Shown: positions 38,252 to 51,788, counted from the first letter of the whole stretch. The stretch: DNA of 63,457 bases, filler included, from Choristocarpus tenellus KU-1152 (GCA_964200185.2; 12 parts of 12 records of this genome joined end to end with filler, not necessarily neighbours in it); one strand, 5' to 3'. Numbers and translations are program-made. The notes: generated by a model from the letters alone, not told the origin.

Positions 38252-40013
38252 CTGTGGTTGTAGGGGGTGATATTTTATGGCAACGATTAAGCAAATGAGA
38301 AGGATATCGACGCAGGGACGGATACTATTGTTGGGCAATGAAAGCAAGGGTGTTGTTGTATATACAGTGATAGAGTATGTGATCAATGATGACGGGATCT
38401 GTAGGGAGTGTGAGGTTCGTGTCCATCCGTGGGCTAGGCAAACGTGAGATGATAAGGGCAAAGCGCTGTTGTCATCTTGAGGACAGCGTGGCGTTTTCTG
38501 TGGAGACTGCAATCTGCGAAAATGCGTCTAACGGTAAACCCCCCCGACATGGAAGGAATATTGATTATGAGAACGCAACAATATCGTACGCAGATGAAAA
38601 GGATCTATGCGCCGACTCGGGTTAGATGTCGGGTGGGCAACCATGCACAGGTTTGTGTTTGACATAGGGAAGACAACAATGAACTAATTTGATGTGTTAT
38701 GTTGGACGGTGAAGCCCATCAATTTCCAAAGCACGGCAAAACGGTTGGGGGTGGTGTGTGTACCGATTTAAAACAAAAACCCTAAGCAGACATGAGTCTA
38801 CATAGAAATTGGTGGAATACGTTACATATCGTGAACGACCGATTGTCGAGGAAGGCTCGACCCTGTATGGGAGTGTTGGCTATGGCACGTTATGCAACAA
38901 CGGTTGGGTTAGGGGTCATGACTACGGGGTCTTATAACTCACTTGGGTACATGACGATGTCACCCACATGCTAATACATGCTATGTGAACAGACGAAAGT
39001 CGTGACATCCATCAAAGGCTCTAAATCATGATGGTGCTTGTGATATTGGTCATTCAAAAACGCTCCCGAATGAGCTGCATAAAGGGTGCACATTTCTGGT
39101 AGGGGGGCTCACCTTCTGGTTCCCTTTGGAGGCATGGCAGCGTTCGGTGGTAGGACTAAGCCTCTCCTTTTATTGCGTGATGTCTGCATTGGGTGCGCAC
39201 ATTGCAAATGGGATAGGGGAAACCGATAGAAGAGAGAAAATGTTTCGCACATCGAGTCAGGTCCAGAGAGGATGGCATGTAACAGTCAGGTTACATAATC
39301 CTCGAGTCATATACGCACCTTTGATCACGTTGCACGAAGAGGAAGTCCTGTCGTCTTTTCCCTTCCGACACACCCGATGTTTAGCGTTACGTACAGTGCA
39401 CAGGGATAGCGGCAGACGAGTTGAATCCTCGTAGAAGGGATATGCACCTAGTCTCCCTTGACCAAGAAAGTATGGTCTTTTGGACATGTTTATTTTTTTT
39501 GGTTGTATAACAATTTCACAATGATCTATAAAGAACAACCGACCTTACTGAATGTTGTACCCCTAGAAGATAGTATATATATATTAGGGTTCTAAAGAGG
39601 GTAGTTCGAGTGTTCCTCTTTCTTGGGAATCAAAGCAAATTAATAAAGGGGAGTTTTGCTCTCTTCGCTAATATATTGAAATTTATATATATATATGTGA
39701 CGATGTTGAATTAGAACAAATAGAGAGTTACAGTTGTATATATGTTATTAATATCTACAACTCTCCATCCTCTATTTCTCCATTAGTGCGACAGGGTCAA
39801 AACATCGAATTTTCATTTTTTTTTCACATATTTTAATATATCTTGAAATATTATATTATAGTGCATAACAAAAAAACCTTCACCAAACCACATTTGCGAC
39901 TAACCCCATACTCCTTCATTCACTCAACAACAAACCAACCGGCCTGGACAATACAGAGGATTCGTTGTCGCAGTTCTGCGAGAGGACCATACCCATCGCA
40001 CCGCAGATGTAGG

Positions 40014-41485
40014 ATGGCCACCCGTCAGCCACTAGGGGATCTGGCTAACAACGGGAATGAACTTGTGGACTCTGGAGGGGTAGACCCCAGGACATCCCAA
40101 GGGTAAGGCAAGGCCTCCATCGCAGCTAGACATACTCCAATATATCCTGTGCGTTTTGTAATTACCGGAACGAGGGATTAGCGCTTGAAGACTAGACATA
40201 GCGAAGCATATGGTTACCACATCCTTCCGAAATCACATATTTGCATCGAAATCAGACACACGTGGTGTTCACCAGTTACCCAAGGTAGCCCGGAACTGGC
40301 GACTCACACGTTCTCCCCTCAAGAGCAGGACGAAACCTAACGACGAAGGTCGTGTCCTCCGATACATCGACTCCGATATATATCGGAAATATATGATACT
40401 CCTTTCTGTTTCTGTTTCTGTTTCTGTTTCCAATCCCAACCCTAACACCTGTCCCAACCCTCTAACCCTGTGCCCCAACCCCAACACCATCCCTGACCCT
40501 TAAAATCCCGAAACTATGCCAACACATGTTTCACTTTTCCTTCATCCACTCGCCTCGCGTAATTTTTGCTATACTCTACCGAATGACAAAGTATGCCAAA
40601 AGTTGCGGCGGTCCACATAACGACTTATTTGAAGGCACACGCCTCCAATCCATCGTCCTCGATTTTCCAACAGTTCAAGCGCCATCTCATATCCCCTGTA
40701 GAGAAGGAGGCACAAACAATGGTATGTGCATCTGGGGATATATGTAGACCTAAACCACATTAAACATTCGGTATTCCTTATACCAAAAACCCATCCTACA
40801 CAATAGTTTACCGTACGACAGAATACGTCAATTATAGTACATTCATACGCGAATATTTTTGGGGTGACACCCACCAAAACATATCTCAACCGTTTCCAAA
40901 AAATCAGATCAAAGCATACACTCTGCCATACGACAAACTCCCTCTCAATTCACTTCGTCCTACATGCTTCATGGGATGTATTCATATCCTTTTTGATCTG
41001 GCTCACAAGTGTCCGCATAGGCGATGCACAGCTTTCCAGGATATTCTAACCGGGGCGGTTTCAGTTCTCGATGTATCCAACACCCCCTTGTCGAAGTGTT
41101 GAACGTTGGGCGTCACCCAACACGGCCCTACTCCGTCGAACACTTCATGACCAAATATTGTGCACGCCCCCTCGTCCAAACAAAATGGTAGCATTACCAA
41201 ATGTTTGCATCATAAACATCGAACTCGAGTGTCAAAGGGAAACAAACCCACCAACCCATATCGTAACCTCACTTAAATCCCACTCACAGGAAACGGGGAC
41301 TAAAGAGACTGCCCAAGACCAGTGCCGCTTGTTCGTGGAAGAAATCCAAAACGGACCAGATCATGGACCTCTTCCTCTCCATGTTTGTCAACGACAATGG
41401 TCTAGAAGAGATGAAAGGAAGCGGTCACATTTGGAACGACCTTGCCTCTTGGTTATTGGATGAGAAATGCAGGTTTGCACGATTG
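40014..41485 (+). CDS. 5' exons of a Myb/SANT-like (trihelix-type) DNA-binding protein
   Basis: Exon 40014-40102 MATRQPLGDLANN...SQ(G)|GTAAGG. Phase-compatible exon 41290-41485 ...CSWKKSKTDQIMDLFLSMF...GHIWNDLASWLLDEK|GTGAGC, with W...W spacing typical of Myb/SANT-like domains. Confidence 0.5.
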
Positions 41486-41569
41486 GTGAGCGTGCTGCGA
41501 GTTGTTCAAAATTGTGTCACATCCGTGACTCACTTCACGTCAATTGTACATGCAGCGTCAGAATGACGC

Positions 41570-42760
41570 ATATGCACTTCTCAATTGACTGCACAGACAG
41601 TCTGTGGACACTTTCAACCATCGCCCTCTATTTTGCATAAGCCTGCCAACCCAAAAACGTACCCAAACCTTTAAGTTATCGTTTTCTTCTCCATATTAAC
41701 GTCTGTCGTTTACCAAACAATTGTTACAGGAACAGGTAGCACATATACAACGTGCACAGTCCCCCCCACACACAATAATTGGCCTCTATTTGCCACTGGC
41801 GCCAGACTCACCCCTCCCGCCCCTTGCCAACCCATACACTAACCACGCAATAGATATCCTTGACCCATTATGTCACATTCGTGCCTTCCCTTCTCGTCGA
41901 CACCACGCGCAACATGCTAATCGCACATACACTTCTCAATCGACCGCACACCATCCGTGCACACTTGCAAGCATTGCCCTCTATTTTGCATAAGCTTGCC
42001 AACCGACAAACTAACCCAAATCTTCCCCATATTAACGTCTGTTCTTTACCAAACAATTGTTACAGGAACAGTTAGCACATGTACTACATGCATGATTCCC
42101 TCAACTCACAATAATCGGCCTCTATTTGCCACTGGCGACAGATTCACCCCTCCCACCCCTTGCTAACCCATACAATAAACATGCAATAGATATTTGACCC
42201 ATTATGTCACATCTGTGCCTACCCTTCTCTTCGGCACCACGCGCAATGTGCTTATCACACATACGCACTTTTCAATCGACCGCACACTGTCCGCGCACAC
42301 TTGCAATCATCGCCCTCTATTTTGAATAAGTCTGCAAATGGGAAAACTCGTGCAAAACTCCAAGTTATTGTTTTCTTTCCCGTATCAACGTCAGCCATGT
42401 ACCCATCGCTTGTTGCAGCAGGAATAGGTAGCACATGTACTACATGCATGATTCCCCTCACTCACAATAATTGACCCCTGTTTACCACTGGCGACAAACT
42501 GCCCTCTTCCCGCCCCTTGCTAACACATGCACTAAACACGCAATAGATATAATTGACCCATTATATCTGATCCGTGCCTTCCCTTCACGTCGACACCACA
42601 TGTGACATGATAATCGCACACACGCACTTTTTAATCGACCGCACATTGTCCGTGTACACTTACAATGATCTCGCCCTCTATTTTTCAGAAGTCTGCCAAG
42701 CGTCAAACTAACCCAAACCTCTGTCATTTGCCAAACACTTGTTCCAGGAATGGGGAACAC
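41570..42760. repeat. ~335-360-bp tandem repeat, about 3.4 copies
   Basis: Unit starts (cacttytcaat) at 41575, 41930, 42266, 42625. Confidence 0.93.
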
Positions 42761-43180
42761 ATATCATCCCAAAGAAAATGCCATAACATTGATTCGGTCA
42801 CAGGACCCCGCCTCAGTACCAACATTGACTCTAACACGTGTACCACTGTCAAGATTATGCTTGACTATTTGTGAGAGTATGATTTGAAGTATTATTTTAT
42901 GTACGCACAGAAGATAATGCGGGACATTCGGGATGTTTAGGCGNNNNNNNNNNNNNNNNNNNNNNNNNNNNNNNNNNNNNNNNNNNNTTAATTAATTAAN
43001 NNNNNNNNNNNNNNNNNNNNNNNNNNNNNNNNNNNNNNNNNNNGGACATATCCCGGGCCCTTCCAAGTGCAAAAACAGTTGCAAAAAAAAACTTCCGGTA
43101 CTTTTTTAAGACCGTTTTCGCAGAACAACCATCCTCATAGCCGCGCTCCATCCTCAATTTTGAAAATCCACTGTTCTGTG

Positions 43181-43244
43181 GATAGTTTTCATTGGGGTTT
43201 TCCTTCACATATCTGGAAATGTCAGAGGGCATAATAATAAAAAA
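43181..43244 (+). mobile_element. Extreme 3' end of a CRE-like LINE
   Basis: Matches 60885-60946 (tagttttcattgg...atgtcagagggcataataataaaa). Confidence 0.7.
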
Positions 43245-44784
43245 TATTGTCATTTATATAATTCTACAAAAAAGGACAATAGTTGTCGAGCATTTCAAAT
43301 CAAGTACAATGAAATAATATCATACAAAAAATAAATCTTAGTGATGATGGATGGAAAGAGTACATCTTGTTATTATGTTTGACGTACATACATACACACA
43401 AAACGTACATTATGCATCGTAATAAATCTTTATCTCTCTATTACTAATCTGACCCTCCAATAATGAAAACCTAACTACTACTAAAACAAAGGTTCCTGGT
43501 GGTGTATACAGTAATTGGGTAAAAATAACAAAAGAAAGATGGGATTGCCAGAAGAACTTTCTCCAGTAGTAGTACGTTGGTCAATTGTTAGAACATTATG
43601 GCAATCTTTCTATAAATTGATGCTTGTTAGTGAGGTCCTCTAAGTCAAAGTAAGCGAAATCTGAGTTGCATCTTAACGATGCCGACAAATATGTCCAACA
43701 TTCGGCTTTTTATACAAATGTGGATAGGTTATTTTCTGAATTATGTCCAAAAGTCTCAAATAACAGAGAAATCAACGCTCTCAAGTCAAATTTAGCACCA
43801 CATGCACAGAAACAAGGGTGAAGTACAAAAGATTGAACAAGCGGTCTTAAATGGAAACCACCAAAACCTGGCTACATCTCGTTTACTTTGGTTCTCTACT
43901 GTTGTAAATTTAATTATTGGTTGTACAAAGTACTCTAGAGTATGGGGTATTGATTGGCCTTCTAATAATAATATAGTACAAACGTATATATAGTACCACA
44001 ACCTAATTTTGGATTGTTGCCTGTCTTCTTTTTCTCCTCATTTTATATTTTCTTTTGTACGCATTTTCAAGGCGCACCCTGGTTCAGTTTCATCATATGA
44101 TCCTCCTTCTTAACTGCAAATATCTGTTGAACGCTCGACAACAGCAACAACAATAGGGTAGGGCCGTACATGCAATAACATTTGGGAGACCTCTATAACA
44201 CGTCACATTCGTTGTCTCAGAAGAATGAATACCCATGATCATTTGCTCAACCAACTGTTATTTCTTGTTCACATTTAATGGATGAGTCTGTCCTCTCCAT
44301 CCAGTGGTGTGGTCAGAGGTTGTAGTGTAGAAGCGACAAATGGAAGAAATAAATGTTGTCGGAGATGATGAAAAATGAAAAAAAGAAAAATATAAATTTA
44401 AGTCCGTCCACAACACCCCTCGCAAATAATAGCTGTCTCCAGCAAAAGTCCAAGCCATTTGCTCTGTAATATCTGCTGTCGTTCTGGAGAAAGTTGGGGA
44501 CTATTTGCTTTATAACGTCCGTTGCCCAGTACAGCACTTGGGGTCATTATTTGATCCCTGACATGCTTTTTGTTAGGGAAACATATGCTTCAACCCAATT
44601 TGATCTCTAGGTAACTTCCGTTGTCTGGGTGGACAACACTCGGGGTGATTTGCTCACTTGTAAAGATTTCCATTTTCCAGACAAAGCTACAATATATATC
44701 GTGCGTAACACGAAAGCGTTTCTGAGAAATAAAACAAAATATTGTGTATTCCGAGCGTTAGATTTTCTGATGTGTGACATATAA

Positions 44785-45257
44785 TTTTATTATTATGCCC
44801 TCTGATTTTTCCAGATGTGTCAGGGGGGAAACCAATGAAAACTATACACATTGTCAGTATAAGCCCTAAAGAAATAAAATGTCATAGATGTGAAAGACAC
44901 TAATCCATTTTTTACTTCACCAGTATCTATGCTGTACTACTGCCTCCCTTTGTCTCCAATCGACCTACTATAACTGTGGCCCGAAGGGAGGAGCTAGGGA
45001 GGCCTCCGTGCCCATCTTTCAGGTGATTCCAGGTTAAAGCGCATGACATGTCTAGACAGTGCCACTTGCGTAGTTACCGAGACAATTTGACGTAGCCCGG
45101 ATTTAACTACTCTTTTCCTGCTATATCCTCCCGCTCCTCTCCCCCCTATCATGTGAGTAGTCAGCTCATTCAGGAAGCATTCCGCTTGCTTGTCGAGGCG
45201 CCCAAAAATTTCCACTGCGAAGGTGTCGAGGTCATAACGAGGATCAAAGAGCCCTCG
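44785..45257 (-). mobile_element. 5'-truncated CRE-like LINE (end of the RLE domain + 3'UTR)
   Basis: VEIFGRLDKQAECFLNEL...RQIVSVTTQVALSR; homologous to 60462-60946 including the 3'UTR and (TAA)n tail. Confidence 0.85.
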
Positions 45258-46290
45258 TTATCATACCTCTATATGTATATTGAACTTCTATATTATATGC
45301 CTACTTATATTTTGCAGGGGTTATCGTGTACGGAAAAAAATAACGCAACGAAGTAACTAATACAACAACAGTAGAGTTAAAAAAAACCCATAGAATACAA
45401 CTGATGCAACGACAAGAGGGATCCATCAAATACACCATCACTAATTAGACTAGTGCATTTGAAAACAAACAAGTGAGAAAGAAAGGTACTGAAGCCATTG
45501 TTATAGTTTATCTTCCTAGACCAATACCATGAAGGAGAATGAGAAGCAAGAGAAGAATCCCACGAGCCAGCCAAGCCCAACAAGTCCATTGCCTCCAGTT
45601 TTGACTACGTTACATGTGGTACTATTTATGTAATGCAGAAATAATGGTGAACTATCGTTCTTATTCGATACCCTTGAGGACAACGACTAGCCAAGCAAGA
45701 AAGGTGTACTTTTTCTCTGTATACACCACAAACGAGCATGAGACCGCACACTGTTACACATGACAAACAACTCACTGCCAAATCTGCTGCCTGTTAGTGT
45801 ATCGAAAAGGAGAATGTTTTTCTACAGTTAACATTAAATATTGCTCCATGTCATTATTCCTACAGGTATTGCCCATTATCTCACCTCACTCACCCATAAT
45901 TATTTTTGTTTCTTAAAGTATTTCTTCAAATACATACATACATACATACATACATACCCTCTATGCTTTGGAAGGAATGCCAATGGACGATGGAAAAAGA
46001 AAAGCTTATTTCCAGAATTACAAACACAAAAGAGGAAGTAACTCAGTACAAGAAGATGTATAATCAATGATTGATAACACACTTTAACTACTCTACTATT
46101 ACCTTCTAACCCCCACATTCAATTTGCATCTCCCAAACCGTATACTTGACCCAAAGTATCTGNNNNNNNNNNNNNNNNNNNNNNNNNNNNNNNNNNNNNN
46201 NNNNNNTTAATTAATTAANNNNNNNNNNNNNNNNNNNNNNNNNNNNNNNNNNNNNNNNNNNNCCCCCCCCCAGATATTTATGGTCACAAA

Positions 46291-48653
46291 CTTCGGTGAA
46301 CGGGAACTATGTCCCGACAAAATAATGGAAAAAAAGCGGGGGAATATCTCCGCCGCAATTTGAAGCTTCAGCTGCAGTTTTCTAGGCGTTGCATTGACAT
46401 GCTTGAGGTTAACGATGGTGCATGCAAACTAGTACGAAATGCCACAAGCTCGACTAGAACAAAGCACATTGATGTCCGACACCATTTTTTGAGGTACTTA
46501 GCTAGAAAAGGAGATATTTGTATTGTTTTTGTTGGTGCTGCAAATCAGAGGGCAGATGTTTGACCAAGAATTTGACACTAAGAATATTGTAGACAATATG
46601 TGAAGTTTTTGATGAACAGGTGGACAATGGCATGTATGTGTGTAGTATTTATTTATTTTTATTGGTGTAATTGTTTCCGAGTAAATACTTGTTTTCAGCA
46701 AGGGGGGGATGTCGAATCACATAGCGTTATCCTTCTGTTGTATTTGCTGATACAAGTATATAACATAGGTTCATGTACGTTTATCTTTGAGAAGATACAA
46801 TACAAAGCAGTAACGTGCATATATAGTGGTACCAGTAGCTTCGACCTCTGGGGTTGTCCCTTCATAACTTTTGATATAGACATCGGATTTAAAAAAAGCA
46901 TATTCGTGATACCTCTCACGGTGCCCTCCAGAGTACGGGCTCCGTTGTTTTTTTTTCTTTTATTGAAGAAAGACCGCTCATATTGGGGTTCGAACCCTGG
47001 ATTGTAGGTCACGAAGAGTGGCAACAGATGCACTATTACTTGATTGAAGTATAGGGTTTAGACGGGAAAAATGCCTCCCTACCCTTTCTTCCTGTATCTT
47101 CGCGTACCCACTCTTTGACCTGGGCATGGATATACTCGTCGAGACACAGGACGAAACGCTTCTCATAGCACCCTTGCTCCGACACCTTGATGTGGCCCTT
47201 AGTTAGGAAGTCTCTCTCCCATTTACTCACAGTTTCCGACCTGATCATCGCATATCCTGCTGCCATCTCGAGCGCTCTTTGAAGCTCTTTCCCGTCGTTC
47301 ATACACACGTACAGGATTCACGGTGTTAGAGCCTTATCTATCACATTTCCTTATTGTGCGCCGGAAATGTGCGCTGTCCGTGTTTCCTGGACGGGTGATA
47401 TTTTATCATCAAGGCGCAAGGGGGAGGGAGGACAGGCTTGAGTTGATCCAAAAATTGTGTTGCTAATCGCTGACTATCTGCTCGGTAGCTCAGGGGTTTA
47501 CTAGTGTTTCAACAAATGCAGGCTGGGAGAAAGCCTTGATCAACTTTAAACGTCCAACCTCAAGTCCAGGAACAAAAGTGAATGTACGGCATCTTGGAGG
47601 AAATGGGAGACACCAAACCATTGGTGTGAAAATAGCCTCAATCTCACCCCCTCTTCTTCCCTGGCGTCCTTGTAGATGGCTACCTCCACCTGCTACGCGA
47701 CCTCTTCTAAAGTAAAGGATTTCTAAAGTAAAGGATTTGGTGGTATCGAAAAGTCTCCACAGCTGCCTTTCTTACAATTGCATTCTCCTACACCTTGCGA
47801 GCCCTTTCGACCTTCTTTCGGACTGCAGAGCCCTTGTAGCCCAACCCTAACACCTTTCTCGTTTCCTTAAGCCACTCTGGTTCGCACAGCTTCCAAACAG
47901 CCAGGGCTTTCTGCAACTGTCGACTACTAAGATATTCTACTCCCACGTTTTCGCTTAGGCGTTTCCTGAGCGCAATGGCACGCAGTCGCACTGCTCTCTT
48001 CCTCAATCTTCCCCTCGGGCGGCCACCTCGGTTCTCCCTTCGTCTGCCGTGATCTGGGTGATGCACTCGCCGCTCTCTTCCTGCTTTCCCGAGGTGGCAA
48101 AGACTGCAGAACAGTGCTCCGACGTGGTTAAAGATCCAACCACGTTTGTGTGGTAATGCTTTCAATACATCTTCTCTCAGCGTCAGCGTCGCGGCCTTGT
48201 GGTCCATTTCGCGATTTGATTATACCGGTGCACCACAGTACACACACTTTCTCGTCACCTAACTTCGCACTGAGTGTCACACGGTACTTGCTTTTCCGTC
48301 GCCTCTCGACAGAGAAGGTGCCGAGGGTAGATCCAGGGGGAAGAGTGGTCTCGACGACTCTCCTTGCTCACCGTCGTGGTTTATGTTGCTGTGTAAGTCA
48401 TGCGTGTGTGTGGTCACAGAAAGTCTACAAAAATGCGTTAAAAAGAACTCCGGAAATTTTGTTTTTTTTCGGTATTTCCACACAGACCAAAAATCGGTAG
48501 CGACCTACACCAGAGCAGTTTCTTTTAAGGAGTTGAGCCAAACACTTCATTTTTGTCCGTCTTGAAGTCTTCATCTTCAAAATTGCGGTAGAGATATCCC
48601 CCCGCATTTTTTTTTCCATTACTTGATCGGGACATAGCTCCTGTTCCCTGAAG
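46291..48653 (-). mobile_element. Internally deleted TIR DNA transposon with transposase N-terminal remnants
   Basis: ~80-bp imperfect inverted repeats at 46291-46370 and 48575-48653. ORFs 47788-48207 (GGRPRG; GYKGSAVRKK) and 47036-47308 (VSKWERDFLTKG...DE...KEWVRE) resemble HTH/N-terminal parts of DDE transposases. Confidence 0.6.
46400..47026 (+). mobile_element. Ty1/Copia RNase H C-terminus, PPT and 3' LTR
   Basis: VNDGACKLVRN...RTKHIDVRHHFLR...QRADV (then shifted LTK); PPT aagggggga ~46700-46709; LTR TGTCG(46710)...CAACA(47026). Confidence 0.85.
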
Positions 48654-50824
48654 CCTGGACATTCGTGGATACAAACTTTAAAAGGCTCTTGTCATACACG
48701 TTCATTTGATATATTAATCGTGTATGACTGTTGTGTTAACCTGGTGATACAAAACAAGATTGCCCCAGAGGGCGAAGCTACTGGTACCACCTTAGCGGTA
48801 AGGTCGGCCAATACCAGTGGTATGGTGGGTCAATGCTAGTGATATGGGCACCCAGTGGATAATTAATATTTAGGGTATGTTTTACCATGTAACTCAACTA
48901 CTAGCTTTCGGCGACGAGCCTTACATCCGCCAAGCTCTTCAACAAACCTATCTGAGGATTCGACACCTGGAAGGGAACCTTCTGCTATATATAACTTCAC
49001 GGTACCACAGGAGGCAGTGTGGACAAGGGGCTAATGCATTGGCAACACCACTCTATTCTCAAACCCACAGGGTGGATACCATCCTCAGAATTCGGTCTCA
49101 CTGTGAACAAGTCTTTGGGGTAGAACAGGTACTGTCCAACCGCGGGCTGGTGGTGACTGGATGCAGAAAACAGGATGTGGATACTAGGCATGTGCATGCC
49201 CTAGAGGTGCAGGACAAGTGAGGCAACATGCACGCATGATCTCAGACAACTGGGCAGCAACTGTAGGTGGACGAGCACCCATTCCTCCCTGGAGGGCCGG
49301 AGTCCCTTCACTATTATTAGGCGGAATTTCCACATGGACTTCCATGTCATTTCATGTTGGGGTACTGTCCGACGCAACCACTTCCTATCGGGAAAACGAT
49401 CTCCTTCGCAGAGGTTTAAAGGCAGACTGCCATGTACACGACTGAGGCCCAGAAGCGTAAACCCAACATGAGATCTCTCTTGATCATAGTTGCAATCTCA
49501 ATAAGTTGCCCGTTGAAAGCTTTGGGTGTCTCCATACACAACCATCACGTATGAGTTAGCAGCTCACATAGTGGGTGGTAGGGAGCATGTGTTGTGCTTT
49601 TCATGCTTGAGACATCAGGCCAGTGAGCAAGGCGGGACTTGACAGGCTAATGAGACTAGTGCTTTGTTTCTAGACCGGCGTGATAGCGCCGGTCTAGGGG
49701 TAGTTTCAGCAGTGTGTACTGAAATATGTTTCTTCGTTGCTTGGGAACAAAACGTTTTTACTACATAGTGAACATAGATTCTTAGATGAATGTTGATGGA
49801 GTTGGTTTCTTTTTCTCGAATATATAGCAACTATCATTGGTGTATTAGAGAGCCTTTACTCTCTTGCGAGCAATACAGACCCTGTTGTGTTTGTAGTCTC
49901 TACCCTTTATGCCGCTTCTTGTTCCCTCCATGGCAACATCTGCGCAATATCAGGGGGTATAATAATCTACGACTAGACCTCTATGTAGTCCCTCGGTACG
50001 TGTTAGCATTATTACTACGTAGAAGTTATACGAAGTAACATGTATGGTAACGTAAAGGGTTGGTTGGTTTGGAACATGGCACATCAAGTTGTCCCTTGTT
50101 CTCCAGCGAGTGTGTACTTCATTAACTTTAACTGTTCAACTTGGAATTTAAGGCAAGACATGAGGTCATGCTTCCCTTTGAACTATCTCTCAGATTACAT
50201 GGATAGAGGAAAGCAGGTGAACCAATAATGCGTGCAGTGGTAGTTAACAGTTTCGATAAAATCGTTGCCCTAACATCAGTCCCTCAATCGAAAATCTTCA
50301 GTTTCCAACCAAATGGTCAAACTGCACCAACCCAAGAATCATCCCTACAACAGAATTGATTAACTACATTCGAGTATGGTATCATTAACCTGACCCAACC
50401 CTGCTGACTCAAAGCCTTAATCTCAATACCTAACTTTAAGCCCAGAATGAACATGGCTTCAGGAAGAAACAGAAAGTAGATTTTGCGATTTAAGCACATC
50501 CCTTGGCACCTTAGTCCTGTCCTAGGACAAAAGGAAGTACAGTATATGCGGAATAAAATAATAATATCAACCTTTAAAATAGCCAACCCCTGATGCTTTC
50601 CTACCTGGTACGGCTTCTCACTCTCGCTGACAATCACTGCTTACAATCCTCTGTTATATGAAGTTTGTATAATAAGGGATTTTTCGCTGTATTGAGTGTC
50701 ATACTGATGTCAATAGTGCTGCTTGCGTCATCCAATGAGCGATTGCCCATACACTGAAGGAGGGTCGAATCGCTTACGGCCCACGACAAGAGGACAAAGT
50801 GCAACACATTCGTACCTGGTTGCG

Positions 50825-51151
50825 CTATATATTATTCTGGTGTGGGATAGTCATATTAGATATCATATTAAAAAGTGGAGGATACCTGTTATAAACACAG
50901 TGCTGAATACTTCTTCTTGGTCCTGAGAACACTCCCTTGCCTTCTGAACCGTCCTCTAGGCCCAGCAAATGGACTTCGTACACCAGAGCATTCAAAAGCA
51001 CACCGGCAAATATCTTTTGAATAAATATCTGACGTGAGTTCATAAAAGACACCTCTCTGAAGGGACTTGAGAGAGGATTTGCATTACACGAATTTGTACT
51101 AGGATTACTTTCATGCTTAAGTCTCCTGACGCAGATGGGAAGAGAGTCCAA
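50825..51151 (-). pseudogene. Possible degenerate non-LTR reverse transcriptase fragment
   Basis: NANPLS...QKIFAGVLLNAL...GKGVF...SIQH loosely matches NYRPIS...YKIF.GIL..RL...QKGF; the surrounding 48700-51500 region is stop-riddled. Confidence 0.3.
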
Positions 51152-51590
51152 TATTCACTAAACTGTGTAGAGAGGTTAGGTGTGGCCAGTGATGGTACAG
51201 TGGCCGGAAATTGAGTGGGTTGTGAGAAGGACAGTTGCCAGGTCCTTGATCTGTGAACAGTGAAAGTCATGGCCCCCTTCATGGTCTCTGGATCTTGCCG
51301 TTCTGATTGAAGAAACGATTAGGATAGGCGTATCTCTAACTCGCAGAATGACATTTGAACTGCTTCAACGGAAATAGTCGTTTATCGCTAAATGCACCAT
51401 TGGGCCAAGTTACGCCCTCAGAAGACCTAGTGGCTTCTAGCTCTGCCCTGAAATGCCAATTGGGAGACCACTGCGCAGCATCGTCCTCCTGTGATCAGTT
51501 GGTATTGATACACGAGATGTTAGGTGTTGTAAATGAAGGGTTCGGCTCTTGTCCTTTTGGCGGGCTTTGATGCTTGAAGTGTTTGACCAA

Positions 51591-51742
51591 GACTCAAAGT
51601 ATCTGGGGGGGTCGGGGGTCGGTCCATTCGAGGACCATTTTTCCATGTTGCGATTTTTGGGTGATTTGGTTGCATGCATGAGATCGATAATATAAGTGCA
51701 CCTCTCCTGTAGGACCCGAATGTACACCCTTGGGTAGACTCG

Positions 51743-51788
<46 letters not shown>

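Noticed and set aside
44313-44640. SGNH/GDS-type esterase exon (WTFAGDSYYLRG)
   Set aside because: A single short motif amid stops; insufficient support.
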